DNA of 41,310 bases from Candidatus Bathyarchaeia archaeon (GTDB lineage Archaea; Thermoproteota; Bathyarchaeia; Bathyarchaeales; Bathycorpusculaceae): the NCBI GenBank assembly GCA_046706605.1, contig JBJKPJ010000359.1, forward strand, positions 1 through 41,310, given 5' to 3'. Below, piece by piece: positions 1 to 8,416 of this stretch. A program made the translations under genes and the position numbers. Position 1 is the first letter of the stretch. Each line of letters starts with the position of its first letter. The notes below the pieces were generated by a model that was not told the DNA's origin, did not search any database, and was given only the letters and a program-made list of their open reading frames with translations.

Positions 1-1
1 C

Positions 2-1624
2 ATCTTTCCCTTCGCCTCTATGGGTAACAGCGACATAGGCTGGTTTAGCAAAAACCAACAAAACGAAAGGCGTCATCGCAAACAAAATTGGACCGCTAAG
101 CCACGCGCCGAAATTAAGCTGATAGGCTGCAACAAGGTAGACTCCGCCGAGGTAAAAGCCAATTTTAGGCAGCGAAGTTAGGACTGCATCTACGTAGTTT
201 CGTTTGATTACAAAGTTTGCTACCTCTAAGGCAAAACCGCTGATTATCTGGACAACTCCAAGGACTAGGCTAAAGATTAGGAAGGTAAGCACATTTTCAA
301 AGGGGCTAAACCATAATGGCTTAAACAGTTGGATTCCGAAAAACTCGCCAAACAATGCGCCCGCGATAACAGCACCAAAACCGCAGGCAGCCAAAATCCA
401 ACAGATGTTTTTCATACCTTGATTTTTCTTAATGAGAAAACCCACAGTTAAGCCGCCTACCAGCAGAAGCAAGCCGTGTCCCATATCTCCGAACATTAAA
501 CCAAAAATCAAGGGAAAAGTCACGGCAAGGATGGGTGTTGGGTCTATTTCATCATAGTGGGGCAACCCGTATAGTTTAGTGATTTCCTCGAAAGGCCGAA
601 CAAACCTGTTGTGTTTAATCTTAGTTGGCGGGTCATCCCCAGTAGCAGAGCTGTTTTGAAGAACCAAAGCTTTTCCGTTTAAGTCTGTATTGATCTTTTG
701 GGTTAACTCAGGAAACGCGTCTTTTGGCACAAACCCTTTAACCACTGCTAATCTGCCGCTCTGTAGAATTTTTCTTTTAGCATACAACAGGGCAAGAATG
801 TTTGCGGTTGTTTCCCCCCAAACAGCGAGGTTTTCACGGTTTTCTTTTCCGAGTTTTTTAAGCTGAGACTGAAGCTGCTTTTCTTTTTCCTCAGCCTCTT
901 TTAGTTGCTTGTTGATTTCCTTTAACGCTAAGTCAACGTTGAATGGCAAATCTTTGGGAAACTGGAAGATTTCGCAGTGGTGAATTTTGAGGATTTTTTC
1001 CACTTCAGGACGGTGCTTGCTGGTTATTGCAAACGACAAGAAGTCGAAGTCTTTGGTTAAGTGGCGGCGTTGAATAATTGTTGGGATGTGAGAGAGAGCA
1101 ACTTCGAGGGGCGCAAAATTTTCATGTGGAATAGTGCCCACATTGATGTAGACTGCTTGTAGGTCTTTCATCAAAGATAAGTCAAAGTCCATTGCTTTAA
1201 GAAGGATAAACATTTGTTTTAAGTTTCTGACGTGTTTAGTTTGCTCCTTTAGGTTATCCTGTTCTGTAGTGAAGGCATCAACATCTTTTTTTAGCTCCAA
1301 AATTTGTTGACGGATGCTTTCTTGAAGGGTTTTCCAGTTCTCCGAAGTTACAACTGTTTTGGCAGGTTGAACTTCCATTTTGAAGATGTCTACGAAACTG
1401 GCTTTTGTAAAAGTCAATTGCTGAGTTAAGTAGTTAACGTGAGAAAGCGCATCTGTTGCTTCCTGAATGCTCTGGTTGTGGGCGGCAAGACTTTGGGGTT
1501 CAACTGCTTGTTCAACTTGAAATTCACCAAAGCTGCTTAACGCTTCCAATGCTAAATCGACTTCTCTACTTACACAAAATATTGAAGTTGAAACCATTCT
1601 TTCAGGTCTAAACATGCGTTCCAT
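2..1624 (-). CDS. atpI: A/V-type ATP synthase subunit I (a), 3' part runs off the window
   Basis: Not in the ORF track because it has no stop in the window. Read by hand on the minus strand: MERMFRPERMVSTSIF... and DDPPTKIKHNRFVRPFEEITKLYGLPHYDEIDPTPILAVTFPLIFGLMFGDMGHG (subunit I signature), followed by TM segments. Alternative ATG at 1615. Confidence 0.95.
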   Translation of the reverse strand, partial: MERMFRPERMVSTSIFCVSREVDLALEALSSFGEFQVEQAVEPQSLAAHNQSIQEATDALSHVNYLTQQLTFTKASFVDIFKMEVQPAKTVVTSENWKTLQESIRQQILELKKDVDAFTTEQDNLKEQTKHVRNLKQMFILLKAMDFDLSLMKDLQAVYINVGTIPHENFAPLEVALSHIPTIIQRRHLTKDFDFLSFAITSKHRPEVEKILKIHHCEIFQFPKDLPFNVDLALKEINKQLKEAEEKEKQLQSQLKKLGKENRENLAVWGETTANILALLYAKRKILQSGRLAVVKGFVPKDAFPELTQKINTDLNGKALVLQNSSATGDDPPTKIKHNRFVRPFEEITKLYGLPHYDEIDPTPILAVTFPLIFGLMFGDMGHGLLLLVGGLTVGFLIKKNQGMKNICWILAACGFGAVIAGALFGEFFGIQLFKPLWFSPFENVLTFLIFSLVLGVVQIISGFALEVANFVIKRNYVDAVLTSLPKIGFYLGGVYLVAAYQLNFGAWLSGPILFAMTPFVLLVFAKPAYVAVTHRGEGKD

Positions 1625-1670
1625 ACAAAATGTTGATAAGGCGAGAATTAAACCTTCATTATGGTAACGT
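1625..1670. promoter_or_regulatory. Putative compact bidirectional promoter for atpI and atpF
   Basis: 46-bp gap between divergent starts. A central AATTAAA (1646-1652, TTTAATT on minus) lies about 22-25 bp from both ATGs. Confidence 0.45.
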
Positions 1671-1979
1671 ATGCTGGGGGTTATTATTGGCGACAGCGGC
1701 ATGGTCACAGGCTTTAGATTGGTGGGCGTTGAAGGAAACGAGGCAACCACCGTTGAAGAAGCAATGCAAGCCATGCAAAAAGCGCTCGCACGCAACGACC
1801 TAAGTATGGTATTAATCAGTGAAGAATTCTCCACTCAACCGCAACTACGTAAAGTAATTGATAAATTTCGGGAGGAAAACATAAACCCCTTAATCGTTGA
1901 GATCCCCGGAAGCCAAGGAAAACCAAGCCAAATTCACATTTCTGAAGCAATCAGCAAAATTTTGGGCGCAAAAATTTAG
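1671..1979 (+). CDS. atpF: A/V-type ATP synthase subunit F
   Basis: VIIGDSGMVTGFRLVGV N-terminus and PLIVEIP motif, 102 aa, first gene of the operon. Confidence 0.93.
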   Translation: MLGVIIGDSGMVTGFRLVGVEGNEATTVEEAMQAMQKALARNDLSMVLISEEFSTQPQLRKVIDKFREENINPLIVEIPGSQGKPSQIHISEAISKILGAKI

Positions 1980-1991
1980 GACGGCAACAGA

Positions 1992-2612
1992 ATGAATGTT
2001 AAAGACGGTTTAGAAGCGATTGCTGGAGAAGTGTTGGGCGACATACAAAAAGAGTCAGAAAAAATACTTTTAGAAACTGAGTCAGAAGCGAAAAAAACTC
2101 TTCAGATAGCTAAAACGCAAGCAGACGAAACATACTCCACGATAATTGACCAAGCTAAGGATAAAGCGGAAGCTGCAAGAAGAAAAATTGCGTCGTTAAC
2201 AGAGGTAGAAATTCGGAACCAAATTCTTCACGCTAAAGAAAAACAAGTTGACGACGCTTTTGAAAAAGCTAAAAGTATGCTTATTGACTTTACAGAATCA
2301 CCAAAGTACCAAGCATACCTGCTAAAACTCATAGAGGCAGAAACAAAAAAGGTTGATACGAAAAACCTGATTCTCACAGTAAACCCCAGAGATAAAACAT
2401 GGCTAACCCAACAGAAACTCGGGAAAATAACAAAAAAGCTAGGCTTAAACCTCAAACTTTCCGACCAAACTTCAGATTTCATCGGAGGATGCAAAATCCA
2501 AACAGAAGACGGCAAACTAACAATTGACAGTACAATTGATACTCGACTCAACGAAGCAAGAGCAACACTACGCAATGAAATAGCAAAAATCCTATTTGAG
2601 GAGACACCTTAA
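1992..2612 (+). CDS. atpE: A/V-type ATP synthase subunit E
   Basis: Long charged N-terminal helix, C-terminal IGGCKIQTEDGKLTIDSTIDTRL motif, located between F and A. Confidence 0.92.
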   Translation: MNVKDGLEAIAGEVLGDIQKESEKILLETESEAKKTLQIAKTQADETYSTIIDQAKDKAEAARRKIASLTEVEIRNQILHAKEKQVDDAFEKAKSMLIDFTESPKYQAYLLKLIEAETKKVDTKNLILTVNPRDKTWLTQQKLGKITKKLGLNLKLSDQTSDFIGGCKIQTEDGKLTIDSTIDTRLNEARATLRNEIAKILFEETP

Positions 2613-2613
2613 A

Positions 2614-4386
2614 ATGGAGCGTACTAAAGGCAAAATTACCCGTGTTGCAGGACCAGTCATAGAAGCCGAGGGCATGAAACAAGCCGTCATGAATGAACTT
2701 GTCGAAGTCGGCAAAGACAGACTAATCGGCGAAATTATCCGTTTAGAAAGCGACAAAGTAACCATTCAAGTCTACCAAGACACCACTGGATTGAGGTTAA
2801 ACGAACAAGTTTCGGGCACAGGAAACCCCCTTTCAGTAGAACTTGGACCAGGCATGGTTGGTAACGTCTTTGACGGAATCCAACGTCCCCTAGAATTATT
2901 AAGAAAAACCACTGGTCCATTCATAAAACAATCACGTTTGACGCCGCTTTCAAGAGAAAATAAATGGCAATTCACTCCCAAAGCCAAAGTCGGGGTGCAG
3001 ATAGAAGGCGGCGACATCATTGGAACCGTTATGGAAACTGACCTTATTGAACACCGCATACTTGTATCTCCTAATGTTAGAGGAAAATTACTGGAAATTG
3101 CACCCAAAGGCAAATACACCATAACCGAAGCAATCGCCACAATAGAAAACGTCAAAAACAAAAAAACAGAACTAACCATGCTGCAGAAGTGGCCCGTTAG
3201 AAAACCCCGCCCATATACCCAAAGACTCAGACATACTAAGCCATTAATCACTGGACAGAGAGTTATTGACACGCTGTTCCCGATTGCCAAAGGGGGCAGC
3301 GCAGCTATTCCCGGCGGTTTTGGCACTGGAAAAACCGTTACGCAACAACAGCTTGCTAAATGGTCGGATGCTAACTTGGTGGTTTATGTGGGGTGTGGGG
3401 AACGCGGTAACGAAATGGTTGATGTGTTGACAAGTTTTCCCAAGTTAACTGACCCCACAACTGGGCACCCGCTTATGGAGCGAACCATCCTTATCGCTAA
3501 CACAAGTAACCTCCCCGTCTCAGCTCGAGAAGCCAGCATCTACACAGGTATAACCCTTGCAGAATACTACCGAGACATGGGCTACGCTGTTGCGTTAATG
3601 GCCGATTCAACCAGCAGGTGGGCAGAAGCACTGAGAGAAGTTTCAGGTAGACTAGAAGAGATGCCTGCTGAAGAGGGCTTCCCCAGTTACTTGCCTTCTA
3701 GGCTGGCTGAATTTTATGAGCGAACCGGGGTAATTGAAACGTTAGGCACAGAAAAACGGACAGGCTCAATTTGCGCGATTGGCGCGGTTTCCCCGCCTGG
3801 AGGAGACTTCTCTGAACCCGTAACACAGCACACCAAGCGATTCACGCGGGTTTTCTGGGCACTTGACCCAGAACTAGCTGGAGCACGCCACTACCCCGCC
3901 ATTAATTGGATGCAAAGCTACAGCGGCTATATCGGGGAGCTTGAAGGTTGGTGGAGTAAAGAAGTCAGCAAAGAATGGAACAGTTACCGCGAAGAAACCA
4001 TGCGTATACTGCAAGCGGAAGATGACTTAAAAAACATCGTTAAACTGGTAGGTCCAGAAGCCCTGCCAAGTAGACAACGCTTGATTCTGGAAACCGCACG
4101 AATAATACGCATCGGTTTTCTGCAGCAAAACGCTTTGGACCCTGTAGACACATACTGCTCTCCTGAAAAACAATTCAAGATGCTGAAAATAATCGTGGAA
4201 TTCCAAAAGTCAGCTGACCGCATAGTAAGCAAAGGGGTACCCATCTTCAAAATAGTACAGATGCCAGTGGTTCAAGAAATTCTGCGCATGAAAACCGATG
4301 TGCCAAACGACAAAGTCAGCGAATTAGACGATTTAGGCAGGCGGATGCACCAGCACTTTGAAAAGTTAGAGGTAAGTTTGAGGTAA
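2614..4386 (+). CDS. atpA: A/V-type ATP synthase subunit A (catalytic)
   Basis: Walker A GGFGTGKT, YVGCGERGNEM, ADSTSRWAEALRE, AVSPPGGDFSEPVT. The ATG at 2614 is preferred over the TTG at 2596. Confidence 0.98.
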   Translation: MERTKGKITRVAGPVIEAEGMKQAVMNELVEVGKDRLIGEIIRLESDKVTIQVYQDTTGLRLNEQVSGTGNPLSVELGPGMVGNVFDGIQRPLELLRKTTGPFIKQSRLTPLSRENKWQFTPKAKVGVQIEGGDIIGTVMETDLIEHRILVSPNVRGKLLEIAPKGKYTITEAIATIENVKNKKTELTMLQKWPVRKPRPYTQRLRHTKPLITGQRVIDTLFPIAKGGSAAIPGGFGTGKTVTQQQLAKWSDANLVVYVGCGERGNEMVDVLTSFPKLTDPTTGHPLMERTILIANTSNLPVSAREASIYTGITLAEYYRDMGYAVALMADSTSRWAEALREVSGRLEEMPAEEGFPSYLPSRLAEFYERTGVIETLGTEKRTGSICAIGAVSPPGGDFSEPVTQHTKRFTRVFWALDPELAGARHYPAINWMQSYSGYIGELEGWWSKEVSKEWNSYREETMRILQAEDDLKNIVKLVGPEALPSRQRLILETARIIRIGFLQQNALDPVDTYCSPEKQFKMLKIIVEFQKSADRIVSKGVPIFKIVQMPVVQEILRMKTDVPNDKVSELDDLGRRMHQHFEKLEVSLR

Positions 4387-4392
4387 CAAAAC

Positions 4393-5799
4393 ATGGCATC
4401 AGGATTAGAATACAAAGGTGTAGCTTCAATTTCGGGACCAATAATAATTGTTGAAGGCGTCCAAGACGTTGGATTTGGCGAGTTAGTTACCGTGAAAACA
4501 CAGACAGGCGAAACCCGTCTTGGCAGAGTCATAGAAGTAACCCAAAAAGCTGTAACTGTTCAAGTTTTCGAGGGAACAACAGCACTGTCAACTTCAGAAA
4601 CCCGTACACGTTTTCTAGGCAGGTCACTTGAAGTGCCAGTTTCAATCGAAATGCTGGGACGCGTAATGGACAGCTTCGGCGAACCCATTGATGGGCACCC
4701 CAGATTTTTCACTGAAGAAAAAAGGGATGTAAACGGCTACCCCCTAAACCCAACTGCTCGCGAATACCCAAGAGAATTCATTCAAACAGGCATTTCAGCA
4801 ATCGACTGCTTAACTAGCCTGGTACGGGGACAAAAACTGCCAGTCTTTAGTGGCCCAGGCTTATCCCACAATCACTTGGCAGCACAGGTGATTAGACAAG
4901 CGCAGATTATTGGTGGGCGCGAAGAATTCTACGTTGTTTTCATTGCAATGGGACTGGACCACGACGACGCCGCTTTTTTCCGCAGCAGCTTTGAGGAAAC
5001 AGGAGCCATAAAGAACGTGGCGATGTTTCTGAATTTAGCAGAGGACCCCCCGGTTGAACGCATCATCACACCTAGAGCAGGATTAACGTTGGCTGAGTAT
5101 TTGGCGTTTGAACATGAAGCCCATGTTCTGGTGCTCATGACAGATATGACTAATTACTGTGAGGCACTGCGCGAAATTAGTGCAGCCATGGAGGAAGTTC
5201 CAAGCAGAAAAGGCTACCCGGGCTACATGTACAGTGACCTTGCCTCACTATACGAACGAGCGGGTCGAATTGCAGGCAAAAAAGGCTCAATCACCCAAAT
5301 GCCCATTTTGACCATGCCAAACGACGACATAACCCATCCAATCCCAGACTTAACAGGCTACATAACTGAAGGACAAATTGTGCTCTCACGCACACTTGAA
5401 AAACAGGGCATTTACCCACCTATCAACATAACAACTAGCCTCTCGCGGTTGATGAAAGATGGCATAGGAAAAGGCTACACAAGAGAAGACCACGCTGATG
5501 TTGCAAGCCAACTCTACGCAGCATACGCCCAGTACAACACTGTTAAATCTTTAGCAACCATTATAGGCGAAGAAGGACTTGGAAACAGAGACAAAGAGTA
5601 TCTGCGTTTCGGCGAGCACTTCGAGCGTCAATTGATTAATCAGGGTAAAAACGAGAACAGAAGCATTGAGCAGACTCTTACAACCGCGTGGGAAACCTTG
5701 TCTATTTTATCCCATGAAGAATTAACAAGCATCCACTCAGAGTACATCAAAAAATACTCAAACAAAAACCGAGCTGAGGTGCCAAAAAATGTCCCTTGA
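4393..5799 (+). CDS. atpB: A/V-type ATP synthase subunit B
   Basis: [50 protein letters not shown] motifs. Confidence 0.98.
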   Translation: MASGLEYKGVASISGPIIIVEGVQDVGFGELVTVKTQTGETRLGRVIEVTQKAVTVQVFEGTTALSTSETRTRFLGRSLEVPVSIEMLGRVMDSFGEPIDGHPRFFTEEKRDVNGYPLNPTAREYPREFIQTGISAIDCLTSLVRGQKLPVFSGPGLSHNHLAAQVIRQAQIIGGREEFYVVFIAMGLDHDDAAFFRSSFEETGAIKNVAMFLNLAEDPPVERIITPRAGLTLAEYLAFEHEAHVLVLMTDMTNYCEALREISAAMEEVPSRKGYPGYMYSDLASLYERAGRIAGKKGSITQMPILTMPNDDITHPIPDLTGYITEGQIVLSRTLEKQGIYPPINITTSLSRLMKDGIGKGYTREDHADVASQLYAAYAQYNTVKSLATIIGEEGLGNRDKEYLRFGEHFERQLINQGKNENRSIEQTLTTAWETLSILSHEELTSIHSEYIKKYSNKNRAEVPKNVP

Positions 5800-6415
5800 A
5801 AACATTAGCCCTACAAGAATCAACCTTATCCAAACAAAAAAAACACTACATCTAGCAGAGTCAGGCAAAGAAATACTTGAACGTAAACGTGACATTCTAT
5901 TACAGGAGATTAGAGTTAGTGTTTTTGAAGCAGAGAAAGCGCGAGAAGAGCTAGTACAGGCTCTTTCGGAGGCGTACAGGAGCCTGAAAGCGGCGTCGAT
6001 GGCTAATGGCGCTGAAACTGTGGCAAATGTAGCTTTAGGTTCAAGTTACCAAGCAGATTTCCTGTTGGATCATAGAAGCATAATGGGTGTCACTGTCCCA
6101 ACTGTTAAATTCCAAGGTGAAGAAGACCCAAAACCCGACTATGGATTTGCAAATACCAGCATAGAACTCGACAAAGCCTTTATACAATTCAATAAATCAT
6201 TAACACATATAGCGGAGTTAGCAAGAGCAGAAGGCGCAGTTTTCCAAATTGTAAATGACGTAAAAAAAACTCAACGGCGTGTGAACGCATTAAACCACGT
6301 TTTAATTCCCTTCTACCGCAACGTTGTAAAGCGGATTGAGCAGGTGCTGGAAGAAAAAGAACGCGAGGAATTTGTCCGAACTAAACGGATAAAACGAATG
6401 ATAAAGAAAAGGTGA
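5789..6415 (+). CDS. atpD: A/V-type ATP synthase subunit D
   Basis: [23 protein letters not shown] and [13 protein letters not shown] motifs. Overlaps the end of atpB. Confidence 0.96.
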   Translation: MSLENISPTRINLIQTKKTLHLAESGKEILERKRDILLQEIRVSVFEAEKAREELVQALSEAYRSLKAASMANGAETVANVALGSSYQADFLLDHRSIMGVTVPTVKFQGEEDPKPDYGFANTSIELDKAFIQFNKSLTHIAELARAEGAVFQIVNDVKKTQRRVNALNHVLIPFYRNVVKRIEQVLEEKEREEFVRTKRIKRMIKKR

Positions 6416-6419
6416 GAAA

Positions 6420-6869
6420 TTGAGTTTAAGTTTTGCAGATATAAAAAAAATTTTGATACCAATAGATGGATCAAGTCACAGCATGCACGCTGCAGAACTT
6501 GGGATAAGCGCTGCTAAACTGTTAAAGGCTGAAATAACCACAATCTACGTAGTTGACACAGTTGCGTTAGACCAAATAGCAAAAACTGTTGAACGCACAG
6601 AAGTTGAAGCTGAACTTACAAAAGACGGAGAAAAAAACCTTGCATTTGTAGTTGATTTAGCAGAAAAACAAGGCGTAAAAGCTACCTATCAGATTGTTAA
6701 AGGGCTCCCGTTTGAACAAGTAGTTTATGCAGCAAAAAATTTAGATGCAGATTTAATTGTGATGGGAACATACGGGCGGAGAAGTCCAGAAAGGATTCTT
6801 ATGGGCAGCGTAGCAGAACAGGTAATCCATTATGCGTCTTGCCCTGTTCTTGTAGTAAAAGGTAAGTGA
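6420..6869 (+). CDS. Universal stress protein (UspA family, ATP-binding type)
   Basis: KKILIPIDGS N-terminus, G-x2-G-x9-GS motif (MGTYGRRSPERILMGSVA), CPVLVVK end. Confidence 0.93.
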   Translation: MSLSFADIKKILIPIDGSSHSMHAAELGISAAKLLKAEITTIYVVDTVALDQIAKTVERTEVEAELTKDGEKNLAFVVDLAEKQGVKATYQIVKGLPFEQVVYAAKNLDADLIVMGTYGRRSPERILMGSVAEQVIHYASCPVLVVKGK

Positions 6870-6876
6870 ACAAAAA

Positions 6877-7086
6877 ATGTCACATAAACAGAAAATAGAA
6901 AAAGACTACAAAGAATACATGTTGGCAATTGAGCAAGAGACCAAAAAAGGCTTAAAAAAAATACATGAAAAAGTCAATACCATAAAAAGCGAAACCACCA
7001 AAATCGGAGAAGCTTTACAATCTGAAAATACAGAAATCAAAGATAAGAACGAGAAAAAAGTTAATACCAAGCACACACTTGTCTAG
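6877..7086 (+). CDS. Small charged helical protein, candidate ATP synthase peripheral-stalk (G/H, epsilon-like) subunit
   Basis: 69 aa, K/E-rich, tightly packed between USP and atpK (gaps of 7 and 0 bp). Function is inferred from position and composition only. Confidence 0.5.
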   Translation: MSHKQKIEKDYKEYMLAIEQETKKGLKKIHEKVNTIKSETTKIGEALQSENTEIKDKNEKKVNTKHTLV

Positions 7087-7437
7087 GTGGAGACAACCGC
7101 TTTGAAACCAAGAGTACTTATCGTCTTCTTGTTGCTTCCACTAGTGATTCTACCCATTATGGGCATGGCGGCAGCCATAACTGTCACAACAGTACAAAAC
7201 TCAACCACAACATCTGGGTCATTTGACAAACTGGGTGCAGCAATCGGTGCTGGGTTTTCTGTTGGTTTAGCCGCTCTTGGTGCAGGCATAGCTATCTCTG
7301 GAGTAGGCAGCGCTACCATCAGCGCGTTAACTGAAAAACCAGAAACATTCTTCCGCGCTTTCCTAGTTGTAGCCTTAGCTGAAGCCTTAGCGATTTACGG
7401 CTTAATTATGGGTATCTTGCTCTGGTTAAAAATATAA
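7087..7437 (+). CDS. atpK: A/V-type ATP synthase subunit K (c, proteolipid)
   Basis: N-terminal hydrophobic leader, then a Gly/Ala-rich hairpin (GLAALGAGIAISGVG...TEKPE...ALAEALAIYG) with the conserved Glu. GTG start. Confidence 0.95.
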   Translation: METTALKPRVLIVFLLLPLVILPIMGMAAAITVTTVQNSTTTSGSFDKLGAAIGAGFSVGLAALGAGIAISGVGSATISALTEKPETFFRAFLVVALAEALAIYGLIMGILLWLKI

Positions 7438-7494
7438 AATTCCCCAACCAACCATTTTTTAATTTTTAGAACATACAGACAACATTGTTGCGGC

Positions 7495-7971
7495 TTATCG
7501 TTTGCTGTAGAGGTAAATGGTATGTGAGGGGTAGCCTAATTTTGGGTTTTCACAGAAATTCTCGATTTTTTCCGGTCGCCAACCGATAATTTCATAATCG
7601 TGCGAAACTATGCGCGCACCTTTTTTTAGGTCACTCTCAAGTTTTGGTTTAATTTTTTCATTCGCGCTTGTTGTTAAATAAAGGTAAACTACATCTGCAG
7701 AGGTTAAGTTCACGTTAAACATGTCATCGTTGATTATTGTAACGTGGTCGTCTAAGCCATTCTCGTGGATGCCGCTTAACGCTTTTTTTGTCAAATCTTC
7801 ACGCAACTCGATGCCCACACCTCTGGCCCCAAAAGACTTTGCTGCCATAATTACGGTTCTGCCATCTCCAGAACCTAAATCAAAAAGGATTTCTCCAGCT
7901 TTCAGATTTGCCAGCTTCAACATGTATTCAACTACTGTTGAAGGGCTCGGAACAAAAGGGGCTATAAACAT
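7495..7971 (-). CDS. Class I SAM-dependent protein-lysine methyltransferase, FAM173/archaeal aKMT-like
   Basis: APFVPS, DLGSGDGR, GIEL, ADVVYLYL, KLESDLKKGARIVSHDY; 158 aa. Confidence 0.85.
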   Translation of the reverse strand: MFIAPFVPSPSTVVEYMLKLANLKAGEILFDLGSGDGRTVIMAAKSFGARGVGIELREDLTKKALSGIHENGLDDHVTIINDDMFNVNLTSADVVYLYLTTSANEKIKPKLESDLKKGARIVSHDYEIIGWRPEKIENFCENPKLGYPSHTIYLYSKR

Positions 7972-8002
7972 CTTTCAACCATCCTAAAAATACAAAATGC
8001 TG

Positions 8003-8329
8003 CTATGCCACATAAGCATCTTTTTTGGGTTGAGGTCTTCGTGCTTCGCCGCATTTTATACAGCTTTGAGCGCATAGATCAAGGTATTTTTCTTCATCGC
8101 CTGTGCTGATAGCTTTTGCTGCTTTTACGCACAGTTCGCTGGGTTCTTTGCAGCCCTCTTCACTGCACAGATTGGAGATATATTGACAGACTTCCTGCAC
8201 ATCTTTGGGCTCCAAAACTGCCCTGTGGGTGCGTACAACCAAACAAAGTTCTCTTGCCATTACGCAGGTTTTGACGAATTTTATGCGTTCAAGAACTTCG
8301 TTGCGTAGATTCTTTCGGCTTATTTCCAC
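8003..8329 (-). CDS. Cys-rich hypothetical protein
   Basis: 9 Cys in about 108 aa, helical character. GTG at 8329 has GGAG upstream; the ORF track extends it to 8359. Co-oriented between lhr and the methyltransferase. Confidence 0.7.
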   Translation of the reverse strand: MEISRKNLRNEVLERIKFVKTCVMARELCLVVRTHRAVLEPKDVQEVCQYISNLCSEEGCKEPSELCVKAAKAISTGDEEKYLDLCAQSCIKCGEARRPQPKKDAYVA

Positions 8330-8416
8330 TTTTAGTTCTCCTATGGGTATAACAAGCAAAGCAAAATAAGTTGCTCTTTCTTTAAAAAGTTGCTGTCATA
8401 AATAGAAACCCAGTGT

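Noticed and set aside
204-422. 72-aa plus-strand ORF from the track
   Set aside because: Antisense shadow of atpI, which occupies the minus strand.
1977-7089. Amber (pyrrolysine) readthrough fusing atpF-atpE (TAG 1977-79) or the 69-aa ORF with atpK (TAG 7084-86), both in frame
   Set aside because: TAG is an ordinary stop for conserved genes here (uL10, secE, signal peptidase). secE-spt5 is also in frame across a TAG, where fusion makes no sense. No pyl genes are in the window.
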